Positions 37,601-47,936 of a stretch of 64,000 nucleotides of DNA are shown piece by piece. Position numbers and translations under genes: made by a program. The number at the start of each line of letters is the position of its first letter. Position 1 is the first letter of the stretch. The notes under the pieces are model-generated. The model saw only the letters and a program-made list of their open reading frames with translations, was not told the origin of the DNA and did not search any database. The DNA is from a virus. The stretch lies in IMG/VR virus record IMGVR_UViG_3300047470_000343, positions 1 to 64,000 of that record; one strand, 5' to 3'.

Positions 37601-39499
37601 CGCCGCGATCTTCCCAGCGATCACCGCGTCCGCCGCGATGGCCGGGGCAGTGACCGCGCCCGACGCCAGGTTGATCGTGTCGACGACGCCGGTTTTCAAG
37701 GCCTCGATCGCGACGTAGTCCACTTGCATCGTCGAGGCCGCGGCCGACTGCTGGTTGTAGTTGAGCCAGACGTACGGACTGATGAACCGCACACCCGCGT
37801 TCACCAGGCCCGGGGAGCGCGGGTCGTTGTTCGGACCGGCGGACCCAGCGACACCGGTACCGGCCCGGCCCTTCAAGAACCCGATGACGGTGACCCAGCC
37901 GTCCGAGTTGGCGACGGCCTTCCCTCCCGCGGCCGCGTAGTAGTGCGAGTTCATCGAGTTGACGCCGTCGCGGTTGACCAGCGTGGTGCCGTCCGCGCCG
38001 ATGCCGAGGACGCCGACATACACCGCGTCGGATGTGCCGGCCTGCGGCATCCGGACCCGAGCGGACACGCGATACAGGACGTCGGGGTCGTACGCGATCT
38101 GGGTGTTGCCCCGCAGACGCGCGAACCCGGTGGCCTGGCCGACGGTCTGGCCGGTGTAGGCGTCGGTGACACCGGTCAGGAAGCTGAAAGAGCCTCCGGG
38201 GCCGAGAGCGGCCACCGTCCACGTGGACGAGTCGCCCAGCGTGTCGACCCACCGCTGGGTGGCGGTGTCGGCAAGGGAGCTGGACAGGGTGGCCAGCGTG
38301 ACGGCCTGCGCGGCGAGCTTGCCCGTCGTGACCGCGGCTGCGCCGATCTTCTGCGCCGTCACGGCGAGGTCTGCGAGCTTTGCCGAGTCGATCGCGGCGG
38401 CCGCGACCTTCGCCGCGGTGACAGCCGAGTCCGCGAGCGCAAGCTCGGTGACCGCGCCGTTGGCGAGCTTCGCCTGAGTGACGGCGTTCGCGCCCAACTT
38501 GGCGGCGAGGACCGCGCCGTCGGCGAGCCGGGTCGAGTCGATCGCGCCCGTGGCCACCTTGGCGGTGGTGACCGCGGCGTCGCCGATCTTCTGCGCGGTG
38601 ACCGCGAGGTCGGCGAGCCGGGTCGAGTCGATGGCGGCCGCCGCGACCTTCGCCGCGGTGACCGCCGAGTCCGCGAGCGCGAGCTCCGTCACCGCGCCGG
38701 CGGCCAGCTTGGACTGAGTCACCGCGTTCGCGGCCAGCTTCGCGTTGAGGACCGCACCGTCCGCGAGCGCCCAGGACTCCACCGCGCCCGCGGCGAGCTT
38801 CGCCGCAGTGACCGCATCGTCCGCCAGGAGTAGATCGGTGATGGCCCCCAGCGCCACCTTTTCGCTGGTGACAGCGGCCGCGGCGAGCTTCGCCGCGGTG
38901 ACAGCTTCCGCGGCCAACTTGACGTCGGTGACAATCCCGTCGATCAAGTCCTGTGACACGGCCTGCCGCGGCGTGCCCTGCACCGCCACGGACGCATCAC
39001 CGGTCAGCAGCGCCGTGTTCTGCGCGACCAGGCGCACCCACACCGGGGCGTAGCCCTCGACATGGACGGTGGCCGTGCCGCCGAGCAGCGCCGTGATCGT
39101 CGCTATCTGCGTGGTCAGGGACGGGGTGAAGTCCTCGGCCGGACCGACGTGGACCTGCACGAGGGAGAAGTCGGCGGGGGCCGCGTCGGCATCCGCCCAC
39201 TGGCCGTCCCAGTCGATGACCAGACCGGCCAGCGCTTCCGTGACGGTCGGGGCAGAGGGTGTGGGCGGCGGCTCGGTGTTGACCGGGTCGGGGACCAGGG
39301 CGACGGTGCCGTCGGACTGCACGCCGACGGAGCCCTTGAGCGTCCCCTCCTCGTCGTAGATGTCGAGGCTGCCACCCTCGATCGAGGCGTAGTTGAGCTG
39401 GTTGGGGCGCTCCAGCGCCGACAGTCGGTCTTCGAGCGCCTTGAAGTACCCGGCGAACTGCTTCGCCTTCTCGCGCTCGTCCAAGCGGAAGGAGGACAC
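34667..39499 (-). CDS. tail fibre/spike with 10-residue repeats and carbohydrate-binding-like domains
   Basis: AVTAAKLAA/ITARELAANSV repeats; duplicated DPxVLYR..ADGTTLVN..ISP domain; NMLPDPSFEG. Confidence 0.85.
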   Translation of the reverse strand: MSSFRLDEREKAKQFAGYFKALEDRLSALERPNQLNYASIEGGSLDIYDEEGTLKGSVGVQSDGTVALVPDPVNTEPPPTPSAPTVTEALAGLVIDWDGQWADADAAPADFSLVQVHVGPAEDFTPSLTTQIATITALLGGTATVHVEGYAPVWVRLVAQNTALLTGDASVAVQGTPRQAVSQDLIDGIVTDVKLAAEAVTAAKLAAAAVTSEKVALGAITDLLLADDAVTAAKLAAGAVESWALADGAVLNAKLAANAVTQSKLAAGAVTELALADSAVTAAKVAAAAIDSTRLADLAVTAQKIGDAAVTTAKVATGAIDSTRLADGAVLAAKLGANAVTQAKLANGAVTELALADSAVTAAKVAAAAIDSAKLADLAVTAQKIGAAAVTTGKLAAQAVTLATLSSSLADTATQRWVDTLGDSSTWTVAALGPGGSFSFLTGVTDAYTGQTVGQATGFARLRGNTQIAYDPDVLYRVSARVRMPQAGTSDAVYVGVLGIGADGTTLVNRDGVNSMNSHYYAAAGGKAVANSDGWVTVIGFLKGRAGTGVAGSAGPNNDPRSPGLVNAGVRFISPYVWLNYNQQSAAASTMQVDYVAIEALKTGVVDTINLASGAVTAPAIAADAVIAGKIAADAITARELAANSVTAAELSAGSVTAAAIAAGTITAGQLAANSVTATQLAAGSVQTAALAADAVAAGKVAADAITARELAANSVTATEISAGAVTATALFAGSVTTAALATDAVTAGKVAADAITARELAANSVTAAEIAAGVITASHIAANTITAGQLAANSVTAASIAAGSIQTAALATDAVAAGKIAADAITARELAANSVTATEISANAVTATAMAANSVTAGSISAGAVTTAAMTAGTIQGDRLAAGSVAADRIVAGSITTSQLSVTTAASIVQKMYDAGADAARWKVNGTSTTTATAPGNLTSVQVSDAQSGGYVMRAVAGFSGGWRPDILIPFDPNVLYRISFTIRQTVASSNTANQRCYAGVVGVAADGTTLVNVSGAASVASQHYVAVAAQNLTAGGGWQRFTGYLKGYAGAGVNGTQVASPTPTAPSVLHANARYISPLFYANYTGGDGTAEIGMFTIEVVETGAVQTVNIQDGAITTPKMVAGSIQGDRITAGTLNADRIVGSSITTAQLGALSVTAAQLAANSVTATAISAGAVTATAISAGSIDATHIKAGAITADRLAITGGSNMLPDPSFEGAGGAALVAGQSFWSIANTGNGSLKSAQVNAVNATAVIRTLTVATFPVLPGQAFRIATDVNPSTDWNGTSVRFYARWIDSAGGVTFGFVTNTTPTKGSWTNLAGTVTAPVGTVTAEFRLASYDATAGTVSFDNASIQPVMSDVLIADGAITANKLDAAAINGKTITGAIVQTAATGSRIVLDASKFSAYGGATATQKIVIQPDYLPLFASTPSPRIYLTSDDGTNEAYLQVNGSGDAASLYTYSGDFVDTADSNTYRWRTYMGKDTWVTERARIVTPFGAIVPDTPRISMTKIQATITAPDTYVVGTFHASSIVTGRVSITPSAANVPTSLTVTGLNINGSSPRFVATASTQVPGTSVLGVGCSDVSTSSVTIWLTRTNTTATSIDYIGMAS

Positions 39500-39590
39500 C
39501 GCCACTCCCTCCACTGCTCCGCGGCCGCCGGGATGTCCGGGGCAGAGCGGGAGAGTGGAAGGAGGGACCCGTTAGCGTCTCGGGCGCAGG

Positions 39591-40796
39591 TCAGCCGTAG
39601 AAGTCGCTTCGGGTCAGGGACAGGACGGCAGTGCCGGCGGCCGGGTCGATCTCCTCGGCCGTGATGCGGTGCCAGATCGCGAGCTCCCCGAGCCACGGCA
39701 CCTCGACCTGGACGAGGATGCGGTCCCCGAGCCCCCACGAGCCGATTGGCGCATTGGGGTGGTGACGGACCGCGATGGACGGGATGGTGAGCTGTTCGGA
39801 GTGCTTGGCTCGCACGGTGCGGCCGTACGTGGCCAGAGACTTGGCGTTGGCCGTGCTCTTGTGGGTGACGATCTTGGCCCGGCGCACCCGCTTGTCGTCG
39901 ACGACGACGCGCGCCCGAGCGGTCTTGGCGCCGGTGCCCTTGCCGAGGACGTAGATGTTGTTGGCGAAGAAGTCGCCCTGGCCGCCCGGCGTGGCCAGCT
40001 CGATGATGTTCTCGCCCTGAGCGAAGCGCAGATCCTTACGGGTCTTGCCGAGCCGTCGTTTCCCCAAGTCGATGTGGTGAAGGATCTTCTCCTTCGACCC
40101 GTCCCAGTAGTGGTGTTCGAGGTAGTCGGCGTGGGCCTGGCCCATGACGTCGCTGATCACCTGCCCGCAGTCCGGGCTGTCCCACCACTGGAGCTCCCAC
40201 GGGTCCTTGCCGTTCGTGTGGCCGAGCTTGTACCCGGAGTCGTGGCCGTCGATGGTGATGCCGAGCTTGCCCTGCTTGTAGCTCTGGAGATGCGACCAGA
40301 CTGCCCGGTACACGTCGAAGGCGTCCCACCGGCTGGAGATCGTGTTCGCGGGCCGCGGGGGCATCTTCCGCTTCGGATGGGTGCCGTCGATGTAGCCGTC
40401 GTGGTTCTTGTCCTTGCCGTCGTACGCCCATTTCTTCGGGATGGTGGCGCCCGAGCGGATCGTCGGCCCCAGGTAGGGCATCTCGGCCGGGTACGCCGCG
40501 TAGCCCGCGCACGTCACCTTCATGGCCTGGCCCTCGTAGGCGATGTTCGTGACGATGCCGCCCCACCGGATCCGGCCCTCGAACTCGGCGAAGATGCTCG
40601 TGGCCCACTCGGCGATGACGGGCAGGCCGTCGGGCTTGGCCATCAGCCGCATGTACTCCGGGTGGATGCTGCCCTGTAGCTGCCCCGGCCCGTTCAGCTC
40701 CCGGCGGGGCGGCCCGTCCGGGTCGAAGGGCACATCCCAGTCGAGGAAGTCCTGCCCGACCGTCCGCATCGCTATGTAGCGCCAACCGTGGCCCAT
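39591..40796 (-). CDS. minor tail protein (hub/Tal-like)
   Basis: RELNGPGQL, WGGIV, WGLGDRI motifs; position in the tail module. Confidence 0.75.
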   Translation of the reverse strand: MGHGWRYIAMRTVGQDFLDWDVPFDPDGPPRRELNGPGQLQGSIHPEYMRLMAKPDGLPVIAEWATSIFAEFEGRIRWGGIVTNIAYEGQAMKVTCAGYAAYPAEMPYLGPTIRSGATIPKKWAYDGKDKNHDGYIDGTHPKRKMPPRPANTISSRWDAFDVYRAVWSHLQSYKQGKLGITIDGHDSGYKLGHTNGKDPWELQWWDSPDCGQVISDVMGQAHADYLEHHYWDGSKEKILHHIDLGKRRLGKTRKDLRFAQGENIIELATPGGQGDFFANNIYVLGKGTGAKTARARVVVDDKRVRRAKIVTHKSTANAKSLATYGRTVRAKHSEQLTIPSIAVRHHPNAPIGSWGLGDRILVQVEVPWLGELAIWHRITAEEIDPAAGTAVLSLTRSDFYG

Positions 40797-41764
40797 CAGG
40801 CGCTCACCGGCTCCTGCGAGTAGGTCACCTCAAGGCCCAGGACCGTCCGCGCGTCCGCGCGCAGCACCCCCGTGAACGTGGCTGTGCCGATGCCCTCCAC
40901 GGCGATGGCCATGACGGTGCCGCGGTCGGCCGGCGCGACGGCGAACTTGTGCCCGGCCTGCACGGACAGCCGCCCGGCCTGCGTGATGCCGTACGGCATC
41001 GCTGCGCCGTGCTGCTCGCCGAGCGATACGCGGACCTGCCCGCGGGCTTCGGTGGTGTCGGGGTGGAGTACGCCCGTCACGAGGACGTGGATGCTTGCGT
41101 GCGTCGCCCACTCCGGGACCGTGTCCGACCAGCTCGCACCCAGCGGCCAGATCTCCCAGTCGTCGGTGATGGCGCCGACGTCGTCCGGGCTCGACCAGGC
41201 GCCCGCCAGGTAGCGGCGCGAGGTCTGGGAGCGGGGGCGCACCATCTGCCGCAGGTCGGTGACCATGCCCGAGGTGATAGTGGCCGACGACACCGGGATG
41301 TCGATGCGGGCCAGCGTGATGGCGGTGGAGTCCGGGTCGATGTCGAGGATGCTCGTCGTGCCCGGCGGCACATCGGAGATCACTCGGGTGTAGACGTACG
41401 GGCCGACCTCGGGGTCCTCGGGCGCGGGCCACGTCTCCCCGCCGTACGGGTCCTCAATGCGGACGATGATCAGGTCGGAGCGGCCGCCGTCGACGCCGGT
41501 CGGCTCCAGGTCCACCTGCTCCGTCGTGGGCATCCGCGCCGCGTACGACTGGTTCCCACCCCCCGCGACAGCCCGCTTCTTCGCGACCATCGCCCCCGGG
41601 GCGACCTGGACGGCCATGCCCGGGGCGACCAGGGCGCTCACGAGGAGGTCAGCAGGCCCGACGATGCCCTCCCCGCCGCTCGCCGCCGTCTCGGCGATCA
41701 GCCGGAGCGTCTCCTCGGATGCTGCGGTGCCTTCTACGAACCAGGGGACGCCATCCCACGTCAT
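40796..41764 (-). CDS. minor tail protein
   Basis: RSDLIIVRIED, ITLARIDIP..IT..MVTDLR. Confidence 0.75.
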   Translation of the reverse strand: MTWDGVPWFVEGTAASEETLRLIAETAASGGEGIVGPADLLVSALVAPGMAVQVAPGAMVAKKRAVAGGGNQSYAARMPTTEQVDLEPTGVDGGRSDLIIVRIEDPYGGETWPAPEDPEVGPYVYTRVISDVPPGTTSILDIDPDSTAITLARIDIPVSSATITSGMVTDLRQMVRPRSQTSRRYLAGAWSSPDDVGAITDDWEIWPLGASWSDTVPEWATHASIHVLVTGVLHPDTTEARGQVRVSLGEQHGAAMPYGITQAGRLSVQAGHKFAVAPADRGTVMAIAVEGIGTATFTGVLRADARTVLGLEVTYSQEPVSA

Positions 41765-41829
41765 GCGCTCTCTCCTTCTGCGAGCCGGAGAGCAGAGAGT
41801 GGGCGGCCGGGCGGTCTACTGTCGCCCGC

Positions 41830-42867
41830 TCACCACCATGTGAAGGCATCCCGCCAGGCGATGCGCACCCGCGGCCCGGCGAACGCCCTGGTCGTCGACT
41901 TCGTGTAGGACAGCGACGCCGTCCAGTAGCCGGGCGGGATGAACATGTTCCGCAGGAGCGGGGAGGCCCGGGTCAGCTTGTCCGCGACGGACTTCGAGGA
42001 GCCGTCCTTGTAGTGGGTGACGGTCCGGATCCACGGGCGGGCGTCGATCTGGACGTAGTCCCCTTCGTCGATCGTCACGTTGACCTGCACCGCCCACAGG
42101 TCCGGGCCCAGCGTGATTTTCGGGTTCTTGCACGGCCCGTGGATCTCGATGTACGGGTGCGTGATGGTCTTGCCGAGCTGCTTGATGCCGGTCGACTTCT
42201 GCGACCCGAGCCCGACCGGCGGCATGTAGCGGCCTGGCCGCGAGGGAAGGGTGACGAACAGGTGGTCATACAGGCTCGCCTCCTTCTCCGTGTCGTCGTA
42301 AAACCGGTCGTCGATCGCGACGAAATCAGCAACGACCGGGACGTACCCCTGGTCGGCCAGTCGGGAGTGCGAGACCGCGAACTTCCGCGGCCGGCCGTAC
42401 AACCGGCGCGTACGGCCCGCCGTCCGGTGGGTCAGCCACGAGACACGGCCCGCCTTCCCCCGGATCGCGTCGGCCCGCCACACCTGCCGCATCATGTCCA
42501 CGCCGTCCAGGACCCGCTCGGCCGGCCCCTGATTCTTCTTGAAGAGGGCAGCCACCAGCTCGGTGTCCGACCAGTCACCGATCCGGGCCCCGCGTGACCA
42601 CGGGCGCATCGGCCAGTGCCGGTCGACCAGCTTGTCCACGCCGTCGACACCTATCTCGAAGGTCACCACGGCGCTGCGCTGGTAGTCGCGGCCCATGCGG
42701 ACGCCGTCCTCGCCGGGCAGGTTGGCGTCGGCGACCTCCGGGTCGGCGAAGGCGATGTCCGGCTCCGACAGGGTGTACATGCCGGACGACATGCGGCCGA
42801 ACGTCAGCGCCGCCCCGGGGTAGTTGTCGTAGTCGTAGTACCCGAGGTACCAGTCGCCGTCTTTCAC
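41830..42867 (-). CDS. distal tail (Dit)-like protein
   Basis: LYGRPRKF, PYIEIHGPCKNP; directly after the tape measure. Confidence 0.75.
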   Translation of the reverse strand: MKDGDWYLGYYDYDNYPGAALTFGRMSSGMYTLSEPDIAFADPEVADANLPGEDGVRMGRDYQRSAVVTFEIGVDGVDKLVDRHWPMRPWSRGARIGDWSDTELVAALFKKNQGPAERVLDGVDMMRQVWRADAIRGKAGRVSWLTHRTAGRTRRLYGRPRKFAVSHSRLADQGYVPVVADFVAIDDRFYDDTEKEASLYDHLFVTLPSRPGRYMPPVGLGSQKSTGIKQLGKTITHPYIEIHGPCKNPKITLGPDLWAVQVNVTIDEGDYVQIDARPWIRTVTHYKDGSSKSVADKLTRASPLLRNMFIPPGYWTASLSYTKSTTRAFAGPRVRIAWRDAFTWW

Positions 42868-45800
42868 GGAGTGCCTCCCAGGCGAATGCGGCGCAGCTCG
42901 AACATCGCGTCTTCAAGCGCGGTGCCGGTGCTCTCAACGGCGCCGATGTTCATGTTGAGATCGCCGCCGACCAGCGCGCCGGCGCCCTGCGGCGTGGACG
43001 CGCGCGAGGCGACGGTGCGGGTGGATGCGGAACGAGCTGAGGCGACAGCGCCGTTGGCGTAGCCCTTGAGCGCGCCCTGACCGGGGTAGACGACCATCCC
43101 GCCGAAGATCTTGGCGACCGCGTCGAGGATGGCCGCGCTGCGCTTGCGCTTCTTAGGCGATAGGGGTACATAAGCTTCGCCCCCGGTCTCTTCTTCACTC
43201 CATAGGCGCAGGTCACCGGCCTTGCTGATCTGGGCAATGTGGTTCTCGGCGCCGTTGGCGAAGGCCTTGACGCGTGCGCCGATGGCGTTGATGCCGCCTT
43301 CGGCGTAGCGCAGGATGCCGCCGTTGGCCTGCCGCTGCACGACGGACGGCTTGCCCTTCTCGCTGTACTGCACGGTCACGTGGACCGTCGTGCCGGTCAG
43401 GTTGTTGATCCGGTCCTGGATCCTCTGGACCTGCGCAAGCGGCGTCGCGTTCGGGGCGGTGATCCGCACCTTCTTGCCGTCCGAGCCATCCACGGTCTTG
43501 ATCTTGTAGCCGAGATCTTTCAGCGCCTGCTGTGCGGTCTTCGTCGGCGCCTTGATCTCGACACTCTTGCCCTTGGGTAGCCCCGCGACCTTGTCCCGGA
43601 CGGTCCGCAGATCCTCGGCGGCCCGCTTGATGATCGTCTCAACGGTGACTTTCTTCCGGTCCGGCGCAGCGATGATGTCCGCCACGAGCGCGCCGATATT
43701 GAAGCGGGCCACGCCCGTCGGGGCGGTGATCGTGACCTTGCTGCTCTTGGGAACCTGCTTGATCTTGAAGCCCAGGTCTTCGAGCTGCTTCTGCGCGCCC
43801 TGCGTGGGCGCCTTGACCGTGATGGTGTTTCCGTTCTTGAGGCCGTCGAGCTTCGCGCGCAGCAGCGCCAGGTCGACGTTCGCCGGGTCCACACCGTCCA
43901 GAGAGATCAGCGAGGTGACGTCGTCGGGGATCAGGCCCATCTGATCCGCGAGTTCCGCGGCCTTGTCCGCCGGGATATGGAAGGCCTCCGCGAGCGCAAT
44001 CGCCTTCGCACGAGTGTCCTTGGCCGCATCCCGGGTGGTGCTCATCGCCTCCGACAGAGGCATGAGGTCGTGGTCGGCGGCGTCGCGCGCACTCCCGGCG
44101 ACGCTGAGCAGGCCGTCGCGCAGCTCCTGAAGCTGCGAGTTGAGCGTCTGGCCGTTCTTCGTGGACGTCTTGACCAGCTTGTCGGCGCCGATGAGCGACT
44201 CGCCCCAGCCCTCGCCGTGCTTGATGTCGCCCTTCATCGTGTCGCCGACCTGGAGCATCGTCTGGTCGAGTCTCGCCGTCGCGTCGTGGACCGACATCAC
44301 GTTGCCCTGGAGCTCGTCCAGAGCCGTCTTCAGGGCATTCACCCGGTCGTCAGACGACGCGGCCTCGTCGTTGAACGTCTTGACCGCGTTCTTCAGCCGC
44401 GTGTAGGAGTCCGTCCCCGTACCGGCGCTGTTGGCCAGCGCCTCGCCCTGCTCCTTGGCGTCCCGCTTGCCCTTCTGAAGCTCGCCGTTCATCTTGCCGA
44501 GAGCGTCAGCGGCGTCCTTGTACCGCTGGCCGGTCTTGCTGTACTTCCCTATGCCTGACTTGTCGGCTGCCGCGCCGTTGTAGTCCTTGTTCGCTTCCGC
44601 CAGGGCCATGAGCTTCTTCTGGAGGTCGCCAACGCTGCCGTCCTGCTCCAGATAGGCGTTCGTCAGATCCTTCAGGGACACTTTCGCGTCCCGCATGATG
44701 TCGACCAGATGCGTCTTGCCGTCGGCCAGCGTCGCGTCCTGGAGCGTCGACACCGCCTGGGCACGCACGTTCGCGTCGATGATGCCGTTGGAGTCCGCAA
44801 GCGCCTTCGTCAGCCCCTCCACACGCTCCTGGTGGGCCTGCGCGGCTCGCGCGCTCTCCTCCTGCTTACTGACCCACCAGCCGAGAAGGACGGTGGCACC
44901 CGCGATGGCGACGCCGAACGGGCCGCCGAGCGCGCCCGTCAGGCCGCCGAGCATCCGCTTCATGCCGCCGCCTGCGGTACGCATGCCGCTCATGACGCCA
45001 CTCAGCCGGCCGCCTTCCGTTGCGGCACCGCGGTAGGACGTGGCGACCCCCGCGAAGCCGGTGGTGATGCTGGTGCCGAACTTCCGCATGACGCCGGCGA
45101 CGCTGCCCATGACCTTGAGCGCGAGGACCGTTCCGAGGAATGTGGCCAGCACCGTATTGGCGTGCGGGATAAGGGTCATGAGCACGTTGAACCCGTGTAT
45201 GAGACCGCTGAAAGACACCATCAGCACGCCGAGCCCGCTGCCCGCTGCGGAGAGATTCCCGAAGGCGGTCGCCAGGTTCGAGATGAGGCTGATCAGTGCG
45301 GGTCCCACACTGTGGCCCAGAGCGCTGAAGAACGTGCCAAGCGCGGGGCCGAGCTCCGTACGGATCTGCCGGATCAGGTCCCTGACCCCGCTGTCCCGCG
45401 CGGCCCGGCCGAAGCTGCGGAAGAAGTCGCCCACGAGCATGTTGAGTTCGTGGAACGTGCCCGCAGAGTCGTCGAAGAACTGTTGCATCACCTTCTGGCC
45501 GGGCTTGCTGTTCGCCCACCGGTTGAAGCGGATCATCGTGCCTTCGAGGCCGTCGAGGAGTCCGTTCCCGACGTCCATTCCGGCCCGGCCGATACCACCG
45601 AAGCCCTTGATCATGTCCCGCGCGGAACGGCCCAACTGCGCGGCCTTGTCCCCGGCGTGGTCCAAGAACTTGGCGAGAGAGCCGGTCTCGCGCCCTGCCT
45701 GAACGGAAGCCCGCATCCACTGCGTCATCCGCTCCGCGCCCGCGCCCACCCGCTCGACGAACGGCCCGGAGGCGACCAGGAAGTCCAGCGAAGCGTGACC

Positions 45801-47936
45801 GAGGTTCGCGAGCCCGTCCGTCATGTGCCCCACGACGGAACTGTTCGTGGACGCGATCTTCTTGAAGTCACGGCGGAACACACCGGACTGCATGAACTCG
45901 GCGCCCCGGTGGGCGAGCTCGCCCATCTGGGCTGCGGAGTCACCCAGCGCGCCCTTCAGCAGCGGGAACACGCTCGTCGCCAGAGGCTTGATGTCACTGG
46001 CGACCTTGGAGAAGAACCGTTCGGAGACGGCAATCTTCACCTTGGACCAGGCGCCGGAAAGCGAGGAGACGGCCGAGACAGCTTTCTTGGCCGACGGCGC
46101 GAGAGCGTCCATCGCCTGCTTCAGCTTCTCCTGCTGCGCCTTGGTCACCTTGCCGTCCGCGGCGAGCTGCTGCTGCGCGACGGCCGACTGCTTCAAGGCC
46201 TCGCCGAAGCCGCTGAACGCGACCTTCGTGCCGATGAAAGCCGAGCCGATCGCGGCGACGATGCCGGGGATCGCGCCCAGAACGCCGACGGCCGGCGCGG
46301 CGGCCGACACGAGTGCGGTGAGCCCGTACATGTACGCGCTCAGGGCCGCGGCCGCAGGCTGTAGAAGCGCGAGCAGTGAGCCGATCAGCGCCATCCGGAA
46401 GCGGCGCCGCCCGCGCATACCCCCGCGTCCCGAGATGTCCGGGGTGACGGGCACGTTGATGGAAAAGCGGCTCGCGAGGGACTGCCCGGCGCTGATCAGG
46501 GACCGCACGCCGCGCATGAACAGGCCGCCGCGGTCGCCGTCGGCACGGACCCGGGCCCGGACGACGGACGTCGCGGCACGGGAGGCGCGGGCGACGATGC
46601 TGGACACGCCGCGCGTCAGGCTGGAGACCGCCCGGACCGCAGGCTGAACAGCGACCCGGACCGCGCTGCGGGTGTCACGGGCCGCGGTCGCGGTGATGCG
46701 GCGCAGGTCCCGGGCCAGGCCCGTGACAGCCGCACGGGCGGGCTGCGTGAGGACCCGCACCCGGGCGGCAACGGCACTGCTGTACGGGGAGATGGCGCTG
46801 CGGATGCTGCGGCCGAACGACATGACGGAGTTGCGGGAGGAGTCCGCTGCCATCCGCACGCCGACCGTGAACTGGGTGCGGTAGCGGCTGGCCATGTCCC
46901 GCACGGACCGGGCGAAGCCGGTGGCGGAGCGGCGGGACATGTCCGCGCCGACCCGCACGCGCACAGCGAAGTCGCGCAGCGGCCCGAAGATCATGCTGTC
47001 CAGCCATCCGGAGCCGCCCAGCCGGCCGCCGAACGCGACGCGCAGCGCGTCGGCTGCCTCCTCGCCGAGTCGGCGCATCTGGCGGCCGATAGCCCGGAAA
47101 TCGGTGCTCCGTACGCGCAGCCCGGCGATCCTGACCCGCAGGGACAGATCGCGGCCGTACGTCGTGAGGAAGTGGCGGGCCTCGCCGAGGAAGGTGCGTA
47201 TCGCGTCGCCGGTGTCGGCGACGCCCAGCCGGATTCGGGCGCCGAGGCTGCGCACCAGGCCGGCGTTCTTGCCGAGCATGGTGAAGAACGAACGGCTGAA
47301 CGCCCGCCCGGTGTCCCGGCCAGCGGTGACCGCGATACGGCCCATCTCCCGGACGAACGTGCGCAGCACGCCCCGGGTAGGGGCAAGCGCCGACCGTGTG
47401 ACCACCCGTAGCTGCCGTAGCGCCACGGTGGCGATCCGGGAGAGGGAGCCGCCGAGCTGACGCTCCGAGTCTCGGTCCGGCGCGACCCGTACCCGGACCG
47501 TGGAGGCCGCCGGGTCCCGGGCCACCCGGGTGAGCAGACCTCGCAGCGAACCGCGGAGCCTGCCCACCAGACGGCCCAGGCCGCCGCCACCGCCACCACC
47601 GCTTCGGGTGTTGCCGTCCTCGTCGTCGCCCAGGCGCACGGGCAGGTTCACCGCCGCGCCCTGCGCGGCGTTGTCGGCCACGGCGGACACCTCACGGCGA
47701 AGCCGGTTGGTGTCCTCCTCGACCTTGACCTTGACCTTCGCGTAGACGCCCTTGGACGCCTCCTCGACAGCCCGCTTCAACTGCTTGCGCAGTCCCTTGC
47801 TGTCGACCTTGACGGCGATCTTGGCGGCCACACCCTCGGCGGCCGCCTCCACCTTCGTGCGCAGCTCCCGGGCGAACCCTTCGAGGGAGGCGACAACGGT
47901 GACTTCAAGGCGTCCTGCCTGCATGCCCTCAGCCAC
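42864..47936 (-). CDS. tape measure protein
   Basis: 1690 aa, Ala/Gly-rich helical; C-terminal ANGG..ETGGEAYVPL. Confidence 0.9.
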   Translation of the reverse strand: MAEGMQAGRLEVTVVASLEGFARELRTKVEAAAEGVAAKIAVKVDSKGLRKQLKRAVEEASKGVYAKVKVKVEEDTNRLRREVSAVADNAAQGAAVNLPVRLGDDEDGNTRSGGGGGGGLGRLVGRLRGSLRGLLTRVARDPAASTVRVRVAPDRDSERQLGGSLSRIATVALRQLRVVTRSALAPTRGVLRTFVREMGRIAVTAGRDTGRAFSRSFFTMLGKNAGLVRSLGARIRLGVADTGDAIRTFLGEARHFLTTYGRDLSLRVRIAGLRVRSTDFRAIGRQMRRLGEEAADALRVAFGGRLGGSGWLDSMIFGPLRDFAVRVRVGADMSRRSATGFARSVRDMASRYRTQFTVGVRMAADSSRNSVMSFGRSIRSAISPYSSAVAARVRVLTQPARAAVTGLARDLRRITATAARDTRSAVRVAVQPAVRAVSSLTRGVSSIVARASRAATSVVRARVRADGDRGGLFMRGVRSLISAGQSLASRFSINVPVTPDISGRGGMRGRRRFRMALIGSLLALLQPAAAALSAYMYGLTALVSAAAPAVGVLGAIPGIVAAIGSAFIGTKVAFSGFGEALKQSAVAQQQLAADGKVTKAQQEKLKQAMDALAPSAKKAVSAVSSLSGAWSKVKIAVSERFFSKVASDIKPLATSVFPLLKGALGDSAAQMGELAHRGAEFMQSGVFRRDFKKIASTNSSVVGHMTDGLANLGHASLDFLVASGPFVERVGAGAERMTQWMRASVQAGRETGSLAKFLDHAGDKAAQLGRSARDMIKGFGGIGRAGMDVGNGLLDGLEGTMIRFNRWANSKPGQKVMQQFFDDSAGTFHELNMLVGDFFRSFGRAARDSGVRDLIRQIRTELGPALGTFFSALGHSVGPALISLISNLATAFGNLSAAGSGLGVLMVSFSGLIHGFNVLMTLIPHANTVLATFLGTVLALKVMGSVAGVMRKFGTSITTGFAGVATSYRGAATEGGRLSGVMSGMRTAGGGMKRMLGGLTGALGGPFGVAIAGATVLLGWWVSKQEESARAAQAHQERVEGLTKALADSNGIIDANVRAQAVSTLQDATLADGKTHLVDIMRDAKVSLKDLTNAYLEQDGSVGDLQKKLMALAEANKDYNGAAADKSGIGKYSKTGQRYKDAADALGKMNGELQKGKRDAKEQGEALANSAGTGTDSYTRLKNAVKTFNDEAASSDDRVNALKTALDELQGNVMSVHDATARLDQTMLQVGDTMKGDIKHGEGWGESLIGADKLVKTSTKNGQTLNSQLQELRDGLLSVAGSARDAADHDLMPLSEAMSTTRDAAKDTRAKAIALAEAFHIPADKAAELADQMGLIPDDVTSLISLDGVDPANVDLALLRAKLDGLKNGNTITVKAPTQGAQKQLEDLGFKIKQVPKSSKVTITAPTGVARFNIGALVADIIAAPDRKKVTVETIIKRAAEDLRTVRDKVAGLPKGKSVEIKAPTKTAQQALKDLGYKIKTVDGSDGKKVRITAPNATPLAQVQRIQDRINNLTGTTVHVTVQYSEKGKPSVVQRQANGGILRYAEGGINAIGARVKAFANGAENHIAQISKAGDLRLWSEEETGGEAYVPLSPKKRKRSAAILDAVAKIFGGMVVYPGQGALKGYANGAVASARSASTRTVASRASTPQGAGALVGGDLNMNIGAVESTGTALEDAMFELRRIRLGGTP

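Noticed and set aside
36900-38900. Diversity-generating retroelement template/variable repeats in the tail fibre
   Set aside because: No reverse transcriptase in the window; the repeats are in-frame structural repeats without evident adenine-specific variation
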